The notes below the pieces were generated by a model. It saw only the letters and a program-made list of their open reading frames with translations. It did not search any database and was not told the origin of the DNA. A DNA stretch of 64,000 nucleotides, from assembly GCA_963735595.1 (NCBI GenBank), contig CAVTLK010000005.1, positions 544,001-608,000 on the forward strand, written 5' to 3'. A program made the position numbers and the translations under genes. The stretch is from an uncultured delta proteobacterium (lineage in GTDB: Bacteria > Desulfobacterota > Zymogenia > Zymogenales > Zymogenaceae). Shown here piece after piece: positions 11,214 through 20,482 of the stretch; within the stretch, counting starts at the first letter, position 1; each line of letters starts with the position of its first letter.

Positions 11214-11771
11214 ATGTACTTTGACACAACGATGGCCGGGTTCGGCGGCCAGGGAATCATGCTCATCGGTAACCTCTTCGCCTACGCCGCGATGGAGGAG
11301 GGCAGGCAGGTCACCTACATGCCCACGTACGGCGTGGAGATGCGGGGCGGCACCGCCAACTGCACCGTCGTCATTTCCGACACCGTCATCGGCTCGCCCA
11401 TCATAGGCCACCCGATGAGCGCTATCGTCATGAACCGGCCGAGCCTCACGCGATTCGGGCCCACCGTCAAAGAGGGGGGACTGGTGCTCATCAACGAATC
11501 GCTGATCCCGGACTCCCTCGAATCCCGGCCGGACCTCAGGCAGGTCCGAGTCCCGGCCAACGATATCGCACAGAAGCTGGGCAGCGACAAGATGGCCAAC
11601 ATGGTGATGCTCGGCGCGTTCCTCGAGCTGATCGGGGTCGTTCGGCCCCAGTCGATTTTCGATTCCTTCTCGCACGTGCTGGACGAACGGTACCACCGCC
11701 TCATTCCCAAGAACGTCGAGATGATCACTGCGGGCATTGAATTTGCCGCCAACAACGGGGGAAAGCCATGA
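11214..11771 (+). CDS. 2-oxoacid:ferredoxin oxidoreductase gamma subunit
   Basis: AGFGGQG, YGVEMRGG and NMVMLGA motifs. Confidence 0.92.
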   Translation: MYFDTTMAGFGGQGIMLIGNLFAYAAMEEGRQVTYMPTYGVEMRGGTANCTVVISDTVIGSPIIGHPMSAIVMNRPSLTRFGPTVKEGGLVLINESLIPDSLESRPDLRQVRVPANDIAQKLGSDKMANMVMLGAFLELIGVVRPQSIFDSFSHVLDERYHRLIPKNVEMITAGIEFAANNGGKP

Positions 11772-12343
11772 CCGAAGACCTCAAGGTAGGTGAAAAGATC
11801 AAGCTCCTCAGGGAGAAGAAGAAACTCTCCCTGCCCGACCTCGCCCAGAAATCGGGCTTCTCATCGGCCATCCTCTCCCAGATCGAAAACCACATGATAT
11901 CCCCGCCGCTGGGCACGATTATCAAGCTTGCCAAGGCGCTGGAAGTGGAGCCGGGCTATTTCTTCAAGGAAAAACCGAAATCCCCCTACGTGATCGTCAG
12001 GAAAGACGAGCGTGTTTCGGTCTCGCGGGTTGCCAGCAAGGAGGGGGTCAGCTACGGCTATTCCTATGAGTCGCTGGGTGCCGACAAGAAGGACCGTAAG
12101 ATGGAGCCCTTCATCGTGACGCTCGATCCCGAGTCGCTCAAGAAACCCGCCCAGTCCACCCACGACGGCGAGGAGTTTATCTTTGTCCTGGAAGGCGAGA
12201 TGGAGGTAACCCTGGGCGACCATTCGGACGTGCTTGCCGCCGGCGATTCGATCTACTACAGCTCGACCATCCCCCACCGGGTGGGCGCCAAGGGGGATTC
12301 CCCGGCCAAGATACTGGCGGTGCTTTACACCGGGGCAAAATAA
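11768..12343 (+). CDS. XRE-family HTH regulator with cupin domain
   Basis: N-terminal HTH (LSQIEN..SPPLGT); cupin HDGEEFIFVLEG...GDSIYY...PH. Confidence 0.9.
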   Translation: MTEDLKVGEKIKLLREKKKLSLPDLAQKSGFSSAILSQIENHMISPPLGTIIKLAKALEVEPGYFFKEKPKSPYVIVRKDERVSVSRVASKEGVSYGYSYESLGADKKDRKMEPFIVTLDPESLKKPAQSTHDGEEFIFVLEGEMEVTLGDHSDVLAAGDSIYYSSTIPHRVGAKGDSPAKILAVLYTGAK

Positions 12344-12402
12344 ACAGAACCGGGTATATCCGCAGGGCCCCGGGCGTACCGTGGGGAGAGTCCTGGAATC
12401 AT

Positions 12403-12437
12403 GTCATTGCGAGCGACGTGGCGGACAGCAATCCCCT
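12403..12437 (+). repeat. Half copy of GTCATTGCGAG palindromic element
   Basis: GTCATTGCGAG...GCAATCCCCT; same family as copies at 19354, 46896 and 60781. Confidence 0.6.
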
Positions 12438-12521
12438 GACTATGAGGTGCAGGCGCCGTATCGCATTGATAACCCGACGGTGCTGCTGCGAATCTAAGGC
12501 CGTCCATTAAAGGAACGAAGT

Positions 12522-13433
12522 ATGTGGATCAAGAAACCGGGACCGGTCACCGACCGGATTGTGCTTCTGGGCAGGGAAGAATCCTGCATCTATCTCGTGA
12601 AGGGGGTCAAGGGGGCTGATCACGCGATCATCGGCGGGGGGATGATCCATATCGTGCCGGAAGTGCTCTCCCAGCTCAAGACGTTCGGCATCGACGAGGA
12701 CGCGATCACCCGGCTCCTGGTGCTGCACACCCATTTTGACCACTGCGGCGCTGTGCCGGTGCTGCAAAAGCGGCTCAAAAACCTGAAGGTCTATACCTCC
12801 CCCCGCGGAAAGGATCTCCTGGCCAACCCGGACGTCGCGGCCCAGATCAAGGCCCTCAACGAGGGAATGATCGCCATGAACAAGATGGAAAAAGAGGCAC
12901 AGGAGTTCGGACTGGTCTTTGACGGCATCCGGGTGGACGGGGTCGTCTCGGGGGGCGACCGGGTCGAATGGGGGGGCAACGGCATCGAGATCATCGACGC
13001 GCCGGGGCATTCGTCCTGTTCCATCGCGGCGTACCTGCCGGCGGACAAGGCGCTCTTCGCGTCGGACGCCGGCGGCATCCCGTACGGCGACACGGTCTTT
13101 GCCGCCGGTAACAGTAATTTCACTCAGTTTCAAGAGACCCTCGAGAAATTTGCGGCCTACGACGTAGCGGTCCATCTCTCGGAGCACTACGGGGCGTTCA
13201 CCGGGGCCGAGGGGAAAGGCTTCATACACCGCGCGATCGCCGCGGCCAAGGATACCCGCGCGCTCCTGGAGGAATCATACACGAAGACGCGCGACATCCC
13301 GAAAAGCACCGTTGAGATCACCGATTCCATGATGGGCGGTAAGGGTGAGGGCTATTTCCTGCCCCGGCCGGTGGTGGAGATGGTGGTGGGCCAGATGCTG
13401 CGCCACATCGCCAAGACTATCGACGGGAAGTAG
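12522..13433 (+). CDS. Metallo-beta-lactamase-fold hydrolase
   Basis: HTHFDHCG, PGHS and SDA motifs. Confidence 0.85.
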   Translation: MWIKKPGPVTDRIVLLGREESCIYLVKGVKGADHAIIGGGMIHIVPEVLSQLKTFGIDEDAITRLLVLHTHFDHCGAVPVLQKRLKNLKVYTSPRGKDLLANPDVAAQIKALNEGMIAMNKMEKEAQEFGLVFDGIRVDGVVSGGDRVEWGGNGIEIIDAPGHSSCSIAAYLPADKALFASDAGGIPYGDTVFAAGNSNFTQFQETLEKFAAYDVAVHLSEHYGAFTGAEGKGFIHRAIAAAKDTRALLEESYTKTRDIPKSTVEITDSMMGGKGEGYFLPRPVVEMVVGQMLRHIAKTIDGK

Positions 13434-13775
13434 GATTCGGCCGGATAATAAGGGCTTATTGGATACCTGTAATGAAACCGTATACCGTACTGATATATAA
13501 CAACTGCCGGTGAGGCGCCGGTCCGGGGCCCGGGCGGTCCCGCGGCAGCGCTTCACCGATCGCTCCCGCCGGAAAGGGCTAACCATTCACACCCTCTCCG
13601 CGGTGGCGGAGAGGTCCGTGCACACAGATCCACAGATTCCCAACACCAGTATCGATTGTGGCCGGGCGGCACCGGACGCCGGCATGTCCGCGATCGCGGA
13701 TCATGCACGGGAAAAGACCGGGACGCAGATCCGCGTTTTTCTTCCCCGGACAATCATGAATAAAGGAGAGATACG

Positions 13776-14357
13776 ATGAAGATCGATGCGCGCGGGCTCG
13801 ACTGTCCCGAGCCCGTGGTCAAGACAAAACAGGCCCTCGGGATGATCGACGAGGGAACCGTCGAGATCCTCGTGGACAACGAGGGGGCCGTCGGGAACCT
13901 CCAGCGGCTCGCGCAGTCGCAGAAGCTTGCCTGTTCGGTCGTCAAAGAGGGGAAATGCTGGCGCGTGCGCGTCACCAAGGCGGGGTCGGACGCCGACGCG
14001 CCCGCAGTCTGCGCCCCTGCAGTCGGAGAGACGTTCCTGATCGTCGGTACCGACTCGCTCGGAAAGGACGAGGCGCTCGGGAAGGTCCTGATGATCCGGT
14101 TCTTCGAGACGATGGCGGCGGGTAATGACCTTCCCCATACGGTCTTTTTTCTCAACGCGGGGGTCCGCCTGACAACCACCGAAGACAGCGTCGTACCGCA
14201 GCTGCGTAAGCTCGCCGAAGAAGGCGTCAACGTCTTTTCGTGCGGCACCTGCCTGAAGTTCTATGAAATCGACAAGGAGCTTAAAGTCGGCAAGACCGGC
14301 AGCATAGACCAGGTGGTGGACGCCGTGACGGGGACGCTCCGGGTGGTGTGGGTGTAG
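13776..14357 (+). CDS. yedF: Selenium metabolism protein YedF (TusA/SirA + DsrE-like domains)
   Basis: IDARGLDCPEP TusA motif, then LGK.LM..FF, FLNAGV.L and SCGTCL.FY. Confidence 0.85.
   Translation: MKIDARGLDCPEPVVKTKQALGMIDEGTVEILVDNEGAVGNLQRLAQSQKLACSVVKEGKCWRVRVTKAGSDADAPAVCAPAVGETFLIVGTDSLGKDEALGKVLMIRFFETMAAGNDLPHTVFFLNAGVRLTTTEDSVVPQLRKLAEEGVNVFSCGTCLKFYEIDKELKVGKTGSIDQVVDAVTGTLRVVWV
14298..14357 (+). repeat. yedF 3' end, copy A of a direct repeat (copy B at 16355-16414)
   Basis: 60-bp alignable segment with a 28-bp perfect core GGGGACGCTCCGGGTGGTGTGGGTGTAG. Confidence 0.9.
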
Positions 14358-14375
14358 GAGGGATAAAGCGGATGA

Positions 14376-14421
14376 GGGGTCGGGTCTTTGGATTATGACG
14401 TATATCCAAAGATCCGATCCC
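14376..14421. repeat. GGGGTCGGGTCT-type palindromic element
   Basis: GGGTCGGGTCTTTGGAT...ATCCAAAGATCCGATCCC. Related half-sites at 19932 and 22099. Confidence 0.65.
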
Positions 14422-14496
14422 GGAGCTTCCTGCGGCGTGGCGTTGCTCGTCTTCGGTTATAGGAATAGGTAGTATGTTCCTTAACCCACGATACCG

Positions 14497-16074
14497 CTAA
14501 ACGGTTCCCTTATCCTTTGCCGGTACGGTCGGGTAAAGCTCTTTGGAGCAATCAGGACAAATTCCGTGAGTAAAGTTGGCGTCGGAATGATCCCTGATGT
14601 ACTCCTCTATTTGATTCCAGTATCCCTTATCGTCCCTGATCTTTTTACATTTCGCGCAGATAGGCAATAACCCCGACAGCGTCTTGACCTTCTCGAGAGA
14701 TTCCTCCAATTGACGAATAAGCCGCCCCTTTTCCTCCTCTATTGTGTTCCGTTTGAAGGCAATCCCTATGCTTACGGCAATCCCCTCGAAGAAATCGATC
14801 ATCTCCGTCGTGAGCATGTCATTTCGTTTATCGTTCAATTGAAGAAGCCCTATTATTTCGCTCTCGGATCGAAGAGGGATGAGGGCAACCGATTCATATC
14901 CGTCGATGAAACAACGGCCCCTGAGGCCCGGGACGATCTTCTTCTTTGACAAGGCGTCAAGGTCGGGTTTGCCGTTCGTCCAGAAGCTCCCGTTCCTGGT
15001 ATAGTCCGGGAGTATATGATCTATCTTCCCGGAAATCACGCTACCGCACAGGCATTCCAAGGAAGGGGCGGCCTGTAAATCTCTGACTATTTCTCCCGAT
15101 TTATCGCGTGCGCAGAGATGCGTTTCAGCCTCAACGAAGCTTGCGTTAAATCCGCTTGTCTCGTAATAGGGGAAATCATCCCCTTCTTTCAGGCGTATTC
15201 CGACAGCGTCAAAACCGGTATAGTCCTTGATCAGGAGAAGGATGAGCATAATCCTGTCTTTCTTTTCGCCTACCTGGTTGAGCACCTCCAGTATCTCGAC
15301 CACCAGTCTCTGGCGGTCCTTTTCTCGCCTCCACTCGGTGATATCGCGTCCGATACCCTGTATCGATATGAGCTTCTCTTGAACGTCGTGCTTTGGAGTC
15401 AGCTGCAGCTCCAGCCAGAGTAACGTTCCGTCTTTACGCAATAAACGGAAGTCAATTAGGGGCGTCAGGTTATTCGTCTTTTCGAAGTAGTCTTTCACTT
15501 TTTGTTGGTCTTCCGGATGCACGATACTAAAAAAGAGATCTCTCCGGGCATAGAACTCTTCCGGACGGTAACCGGTGATACCAGTCGATGACGGGCTGAC
15601 GTAGTCAAACCCTCTCGTCGGTGAGAGGCGGTAGCGGAATATGAGGTCCCGTGCGCTTTCGGCCAGGAGCTTGAAGAGCTCCCTCGTCTCCCTGATCGAC
15701 TCATCGGTTATTTTTTTTGCGGTAGTGTCCCTCCTGGTCTCGATGATTCCCTTGATACCGCCGCCGTCGTCAAAGATCGGATACGCATGTATGGACCAGA
15801 CCCTGCCGTCGGGAGAGACAAACTCGTTTTCGCGGGGGGTTTTTACTTCGAGCGCTTCGGTCAGGGGACAACCCGGACAGATCTCGGACGCGCCGGAGAA
15901 GACCTCCCCGCACCGTTTTCCAACCAGCTCTTCGGAGGAGATACCGACCGATTGGCCCGCACATGTATTGGCCCAGAGTATTTTTCTGTCGGTGTCTATA
16001 TAGATGATGGATTCCGGTATGCCGTTAAGGATGACCTTTTCCAGGTCTATGATTTCTTTGGTTGTCTCTCGCAT
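14497..16074 (-). CDS. PAS-PAS-GAF sensor with a C-terminal Cys-rich domain; no kinase domain
   Basis: PAS/PAC motifs, GAF (TGFDAVGIRL...GYESVALIPL) and C-terminal LSGLLPICAKCKKIRDDKGYW...FTHGICPDC. Likely start MRETTK at 16074. Confidence 0.85.
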   Translation of the reverse strand: MRETTKEIIDLEKVILNGIPESIIYIDTDRKILWANTCAGQSVGISSEELVGKRCGEVFSGASEICPGCPLTEALEVKTPRENEFVSPDGRVWSIHAYPIFDDGGGIKGIIETRRDTTAKKITDESIRETRELFKLLAESARDLIFRYRLSPTRGFDYVSPSSTGITGYRPEEFYARRDLFFSIVHPEDQQKVKDYFEKTNNLTPLIDFRLLRKDGTLLWLELQLTPKHDVQEKLISIQGIGRDITEWRREKDRQRLVVEILEVLNQVGEKKDRIMLILLLIKDYTGFDAVGIRLKEGDDFPYYETSGFNASFVEAETHLCARDKSGEIVRDLQAAPSLECLCGSVISGKIDHILPDYTRNGSFWTNGKPDLDALSKKKIVPGLRGRCFIDGYESVALIPLRSESEIIGLLQLNDKRNDMLTTEMIDFFEGIAVSIGIAFKRNTIEEEKGRLIRQLEESLEKVKTLSGLLPICAKCKKIRDDKGYWNQIEEYIRDHSDANFTHGICPDCSKELYPTVPAKDKGTV

Positions 16075-16354
16075 CTTGGTCTTCCTCTCTTGGCGTGTGT
16101 TCAGGAACTCCCTTTGAATAATCTTTCTTAGCACATCAAATACATTATACACCATAATTGCGGCTCTGGTATCGGCGCTATCGTTAAAGATCGTGGGGGA
16201 TCTAATCGGGTATAGACCCGGTCCGGTAATCGAAGCCGGCGGCTAAGGGGCAACCGGCTATCTTAGCCTCCCGTGGCCGAGAGACATTTAGAAAGGGAAA
16301 CGGCGGGTGCAATCGCGTCCGAAGAAAGCGGACCTCTACAGTCCGCCCCTTCGC

Positions 16355-16414
16355 GGCGGTATCGACCGTGTGCTGGACGCTGTGATGGGGACGCTCCGGG
16401 TGGTGTGGGTGTAG
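16355..16414 (+). pseudogene. Stranded duplicate of the yedF 3' end
   Basis: Encodes GGIDRVLDAVMGTLRVVWV* versus yedF GSIDQVVDAVTGTLRVVWV*. Confidence 0.85.
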
Positions 16415-16482
16415 CGAAGGATGAAGCAGGGGGGGCGAGGCGGCGTCGAAAAGAGGTTAGAGCCGGGCAATAGGCAAGCCGG

Positions 16483-17343
16483 TCAGTTGACGCCGAATAT
16501 CCTGGCGTCGCCGGGCACCTTTCGAATCCTCTTTATCGACCGAATATCGTCGTCCTCATAGCCCAGCTCGTAGGACCCTCCCCCTCCGTCGGGAAGCATG
16601 ATATAGACGAGGCCCCTGTCGTGGCGATAGTATCTGAAATAGCCGCTTCTGGTACCGTCCTTGAATACTAACTGGTAGACCCGCACCTCTTCCTTATCCT
16701 GCTCGTCACGGGACGTAATCCTTATCTGTATCAGGTTCCCGAGGAAGCCGCCGTCCCGGCTGTCGGTGGAGGCGCCGTCCCCCGACGCGGGCGAATTGAA
16801 CGTAATATCGATCTTCTTGTTAAGGAAGCCGTCCGGCGATTGCCTGCCCCGGTCGATTCCGTAAAACAGGAGAGACAGCGCCAGCAGGGCCAGGACGGCA
16901 CCGAGAACCCGCCTGACCCTTCGTCTCTTCAGGAATGTTCCCCACCCTTTGAAAACGGACCGGAATGATTGGCCGATCGCCTCCACGGAGTACTCGATGA
17001 ATCCCGGCTCCAGCTCTTCTTCAACGACCTGCCGGACGATATTCGCGCCGCAGCCGGGGCAGAGCACCATCTTCTTGTTCTCGGGCACCTTAATTTCCCC
17101 GCCGCAGTTTTCGCACCGTGCGCGGATGACCCTGGTATCCGTATCCACCGGGACCGGGCTGCTATTGCCTGCCGGTCTGCCCGGGGACGATCCTTTTGAT
17201 TTTCCGGCCGTTAACGATATAACGGGTTTCCTGATGAATATGCTTGCCCTGCACCTGGGGCAGGCAACGCGTTTGCCTGATTCGGGGATCAGGTCATCGC
17301 TGATAGACCCTTTGAATTTGCATACCGGGCATAATATATCCAA
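16483..17343 (-). CDS. Zinc-ribbon (MJ0042-type) membrane protein
   Basis: CPVC..CPRC and CENC..CPGC ribbons followed by one TM helix. Confidence 0.75.
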   Translation of the reverse strand: MDILCPVCKFKGSISDDLIPESGKRVACPRCRASIFIRKPVISLTAGKSKGSSPGRPAGNSSPVPVDTDTRVIRARCENCGGEIKVPENKKMVLCPGCGANIVRQVVEEELEPGFIEYSVEAIGQSFRSVFKGWGTFLKRRRVRRVLGAVLALLALSLLFYGIDRGRQSPDGFLNKKIDITFNSPASGDGASTDSRDGGFLGNLIQIRITSRDEQDKEEVRVYQLVFKDGTRSGYFRYYRHDRGLVYIMLPDGGGGSYELGYEDDDIRSIKRIRKVPGDARIFGVN

Positions 17344-17481
17344 TATGAGGCCTCAAACGAATATATAGTTGTATTTTACTATCATATTTTGCATAACCTT
17401 CCAACAACAAATACAAAATACATTGCGCCGAGACGCCGGGATCGGGCATCAAAAAAAGACGAACAGAATGCAAAAAAAAGC

Positions 17482-17517
17482 TTGACACGCATTCCATAAA
17501 TGAATATACTGTTCGCT
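17482..17517 (+). promoter_or_regulatory. tetR promoter with overlapping operator
   Basis: TTGACA-17-TATACT overlaps ATGAATATACTGTTCGCT, which is nearly repeated at 18164. Confidence 0.7.
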
Positions 17518-17531
17518 ATTGAGGGCATCAC

Positions 17532-18146
17532 ATGATTCAGACGAAGAAGGACGACGTAAAAAAGAGGATCGAAGACGCGGCACTCGTCGTCTTTGCGGCG
17601 AAGGGTTTCGAGGGAACCACCATGGCCGATATCGCGCGCGAGGCGGGCCTGTCCGTCGGCAACATCTACCGTTATTACCGGAGCAAAGACGCGCTATTTT
17701 ACGCAGTGCTCTCCCCCGATTTCGTGTGCGACTTCACAAGCCAGATCGGCATGAAGATGAAGACGGCAGAGGGCGTTGAGCTGGACAAGGTCAAGGAGTT
17801 CCGCCCCATGCAGATTCGGGACGAGGCGTTGAAATCTTTTTTTGCCGATAACCGGCTGCGCATCGTCATCCTCTTCGTCCATGCGGCGGGCACGCAGTAC
17901 GAGGGGTTCAGGAAGGACCTGGTCAACTTCACCATCGACACCGCCCTCCGGTACCTGCACACGGTAAGCGGCAAGCCGCTTGACCTGACCCCGGCCAAGC
18001 GTCGGGTGCTCGCCCTCATCTACGACAACATGTACGGGGCCATCGCCGGCATCCTGACCCGGTTCGAGGGCAGGGACGATATCGCGGCGGCCTACGACTG
18101 CTTTTTCGACTATCACTATATGGGCATCGCGAAGTTTCTCAGTTGA
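17532..18146 (+). CDS. TetR/AcrR family regulator
   Basis: FAAKGFEGTTMADIAREAGLSVGNIYRYYRSKDAL HTH. Confidence 0.92.
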   Translation: MIQTKKDDVKKRIEDAALVVFAAKGFEGTTMADIAREAGLSVGNIYRYYRSKDALFYAVLSPDFVCDFTSQIGMKMKTAEGVELDKVKEFRPMQIRDEALKSFFADNRLRIVILFVHAAGTQYEGFRKDLVNFTIDTALRYLHTVSGKPLDLTPAKRRVLALIYDNMYGAIAGILTRFEGRDDIAAAYDCFFDYHYMGIAKFLS

Positions 18147-18163
18147 GTTTTTTTGTCTATAAA

Positions 18164-18181
18164 ATGAATATAGTATTCGCT
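18164..18181 (+). promoter_or_regulatory. Second putative TetR operator
   Basis: ATGAATATAGTATTCGCT containing the GAATA-nnn-TATTC palindrome. Confidence 0.65.
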
Positions 18182-18200
18182 TTTCGTTTCAGATCTTAAT

Positions 18201-19403
18201 GTGGGGGAAATGGAGATGAAAGACAAACGGGAGAAGGGCCGGATGTGCGGTGTGGGGGGCGCCGACGTTAAGCGGGCGGGGGCGGCCGGGGCGTGCGGCG
18301 TGCGCGGTGGTGCGCCGGAGCCGTCCGGCAGTACGGCGAAGCGCGGTACAGCAAAGGGCGGCACGGGATTTAGCATACGGCCGATGCGCGCCGGCCACCG
18401 GCGGTCGCTCGACGCGGCCCTCAAGATGGGGCACTGCGCGCCGGCGGTGATGGCGGCGCTGATCGCCGACGGCGACCCCGGCCGGGAGAGCGCCGTTATG
18501 TTAGCCTCGGCGATGGCCGGCGGTATCGGCAACAGCGGCCGCGAGTGCGGCGCGCTGACCTCGTCGATCCTGTACCTGGGCGACCGGTACGGGGAAGGGG
18601 AAGGGGCCGGGCCGGGCGGGGTGCCGCTGTCGATCTCATTGTCACAGCGGCTGATCGACCGGTTCGGGGAGGTGCACGGCGGCATCCATTGCGAGGAGAT
18701 CAGGAAGGGCGGGAAAAACCCGCTGCCCTGCATGCGGGCAATGGTCAGCGCGCCGGAGCTCGTCCGGGAGGTCATCGGCGCCGACGTGACGCCCCCCGGC
18801 GATGCGTGCCCCGACTGCCATACCTCCGGCCTGCCGGCGGCTTGCGGGGAACGGCCGTTCCACTGTGTACGCCGCGTCTTTTCGGAGCTTTCCGGCATCG
18901 TCCCCGAGTGCGGGCGGCTGACGGATATGACCTACCCGTTCGTCGGCGGGTTCGCGCTCTCGGGCGGGACGTGCACGGCCGCCGCCGCGGGGGTGCTCGC
19001 GATAGGCCTTGCGACGGGCCGGATCGAGAACAGCTACCGCCGGGTCTTCGCGATGATGGCGAGGATGTTAATGGGCGGCGACATGATGGCCGACGATGTA
19101 AATAATTTCAACCCGGCCATAAACCGGGGCCAGGTGCTCATGGAGTGGTTTGCCGAAACGTATGGGAGCGTGCGCTGCGCCGACCTGACGGGGATCGATA
19201 TCCGGGAGCCGAAGCGGCCGGCCGCTACTTCTCCGAAGGCGGCATCGACCGCTGCGAGGCGATCGCCGCGGCGGTGGCGACAGAAGGCACAGGGAGATTA
19301 TCGGGGACCGGGGGTAAGGTTGGGGCGGCAATGGGGCGGGTACGTCCCTCACCGTCATTGCGAGGAGCGGCAGCGACGAAGCAATCCCCTTGTTGTACGG
19401 TGA
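18201..19403 (+). CDS. Tandem C_GCAxxG_C_C-family putative redox protein; C-terminus frameshifted near 19210, true end uncertain
   Basis: Two repeats: HCA..GGIG..CGA..GIHC and HCV..GGFA..CTA..GSVRC. An alternate frame supplies RYFSEGGIDRCEAIAAAV. Confidence 0.7.
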   Translation: MGEMEMKDKREKGRMCGVGGADVKRAGAAGACGVRGGAPEPSGSTAKRGTAKGGTGFSIRPMRAGHRRSLDAALKMGHCAPAVMAALIADGDPGRESAVMLASAMAGGIGNSGRECGALTSSILYLGDRYGEGEGAGPGGVPLSISLSQRLIDRFGEVHGGIHCEEIRKGGKNPLPCMRAMVSAPELVREVIGADVTPPGDACPDCHTSGLPAACGERPFHCVRRVFSELSGIVPECGRLTDMTYPFVGGFALSGGTCTAAAAGVLAIGLATGRIENSYRRVFAMMARMLMGGDMMADDVNNFNPAINRGQVLMEWFAETYGSVRCADLTGIDIREPKRPAATSPKAASTAARRSPRRWRQKAQGDYRGPGVRLGRQWGGYVPHRHCEERQRRSNPLVVR

Positions 19404-19446
19404 CAGTCAGGGGATTGCCGCGCACCCTCCGGGTGCTCGCAATGAC
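19354..19446. repeat. Full GTCATTGCGAG...CTCGCAATGAC palindromic REP/MITE-like element
   Basis: Terminal inverted repeats plus internal GCAATCCCCT/AGGGGATTGC. Confidence 0.8.
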
Positions 19447-19521
19447 ATGAAAATGGATTAGCTTATTCAGGAGGTTTTCATGAAACGGGCGGCCTGAATG
19501 CCGGTGTGCGGATTTGAGGCG

Positions 19522-19605
19522 GAATTAAGGGGACATAATACTTAATTAATTGACCCTTAGCTTAAATTATAGAAATTGTAATTAAGTTTTGTGTCCCCTT
19601 AATTC
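19522..19605. repeat. GAATTAAGGGGACA-type palindromic element
   Basis: GAATTAAGGGGACATAATACTTAATT...AATTAAGTTTTGTGTCCCCTTAATTC; relative at 35175. Confidence 0.8.
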
Positions 19606-19636
19606 GTGAGATTTACCAAAACAAAGGAGAAAGACA

Positions 19637-19915
19637 ATGGAAAACAAGGAACTGTACGAGAGGGCCAAACGGCGTGTCAAGGCGCGGATGGGCTTTTACA
19701 CCCACCTGGGCATCTATGCCGCGGTGAACGTGGTGCTGTTTGCCGCCAACTGGAACGAGACGGGGACGTACGATTTGCGTGGTTCACCTGGCCGCTGGTC
19801 GGCTGGGGCATGTGCCTGACCTTTCATTTCCTTTCGGTATTCGTGTTCCGCGGCGGGATCACCGAGCGGATGATCCAGCGGGAGATGGAGAAAGAGGCGA
19901 AGGGTAGGGAAGTAG
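19637..19915 (+). CDS. 2TM-domain small membrane protein; frameshift near 19770
   Basis: YERAKRRV...GFY.HL..Y..VN, then in a shifted frame WF.WPL.GWG..L.FH.L.VF...ERMI.REM. Confidence 0.75.
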
Positions 19916-20000
19916 GGAATGAGGGCAGGAAGGGGTCGGGTTCTTGGTATGAATGGATTAGAACCGGAGATTCGGCACCCGGCTTCTCCTGTTCCTCGTA

Positions 20001-20029
20001 AAAAAACGGCGGCATTTGCCGCCGTTTTT
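20001..20029. terminator. Bidirectional intrinsic terminator
   Basis: AAAAAACGGCGGCATTTGCCGCCGTTTTT. Confidence 0.8.
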
Positions 20030-20082
20030 CTTACCTGCACCGATCACTTCCATCCGTTCCGGGTTTCTCGACAGTACTTCTG

Positions 20083-20334
20083 CTAGAACCCGCTGCCGAA
20101 TCCCGATCCGCCGGAGTTGTCGTGGAAGTTGTTGTTCATATCCCCCGGGACCGCGCCGCTCCCCGGCAGGGTCGCCGCGCCGTTGTTAGAATTCCCAAAA
20201 TGGCTGGAGTCCGAAGCAGCGGGGGGGGGCGGAGGCGGCGGCGGCGGAGGCGGATCCATGGAAACGGCGAAAGCAAACGCCGCGAGTAAGGAAACTGCCG
20301 TAAGGGCAAAGAATAAAATTCGTAAAGCTTTCAT
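20083..20334 (-). CDS. Small secreted protein with a poly-Pro tract and G/S/N-rich tail
   Basis: AAGGAG RBS, signal peptide, poly-Pro run with mixed codons, C-terminal GSGFGSGF. Confidence 0.7.
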   Translation of the reverse strand: MKALRILFFALTAVSLLAAFAFAVSMDPPPPPPPPPPPAASDSSHFGNSNNGAATLPGSGAVPGDMNNNFHDNSGGSGFGSGF

Positions 20335-20482
20335 ACAACGCTCCTTTTACTGAATCAACGGTTCAAGTATATGGGCATATCTCCGCCGAGTCAATATTTA
20401 TCTTGACAAAAGATAAGATTATTTTACTATAACATCAATATTATCGTCGTTCCATAACCTCTCAGAGCACATGGAGGATAGC

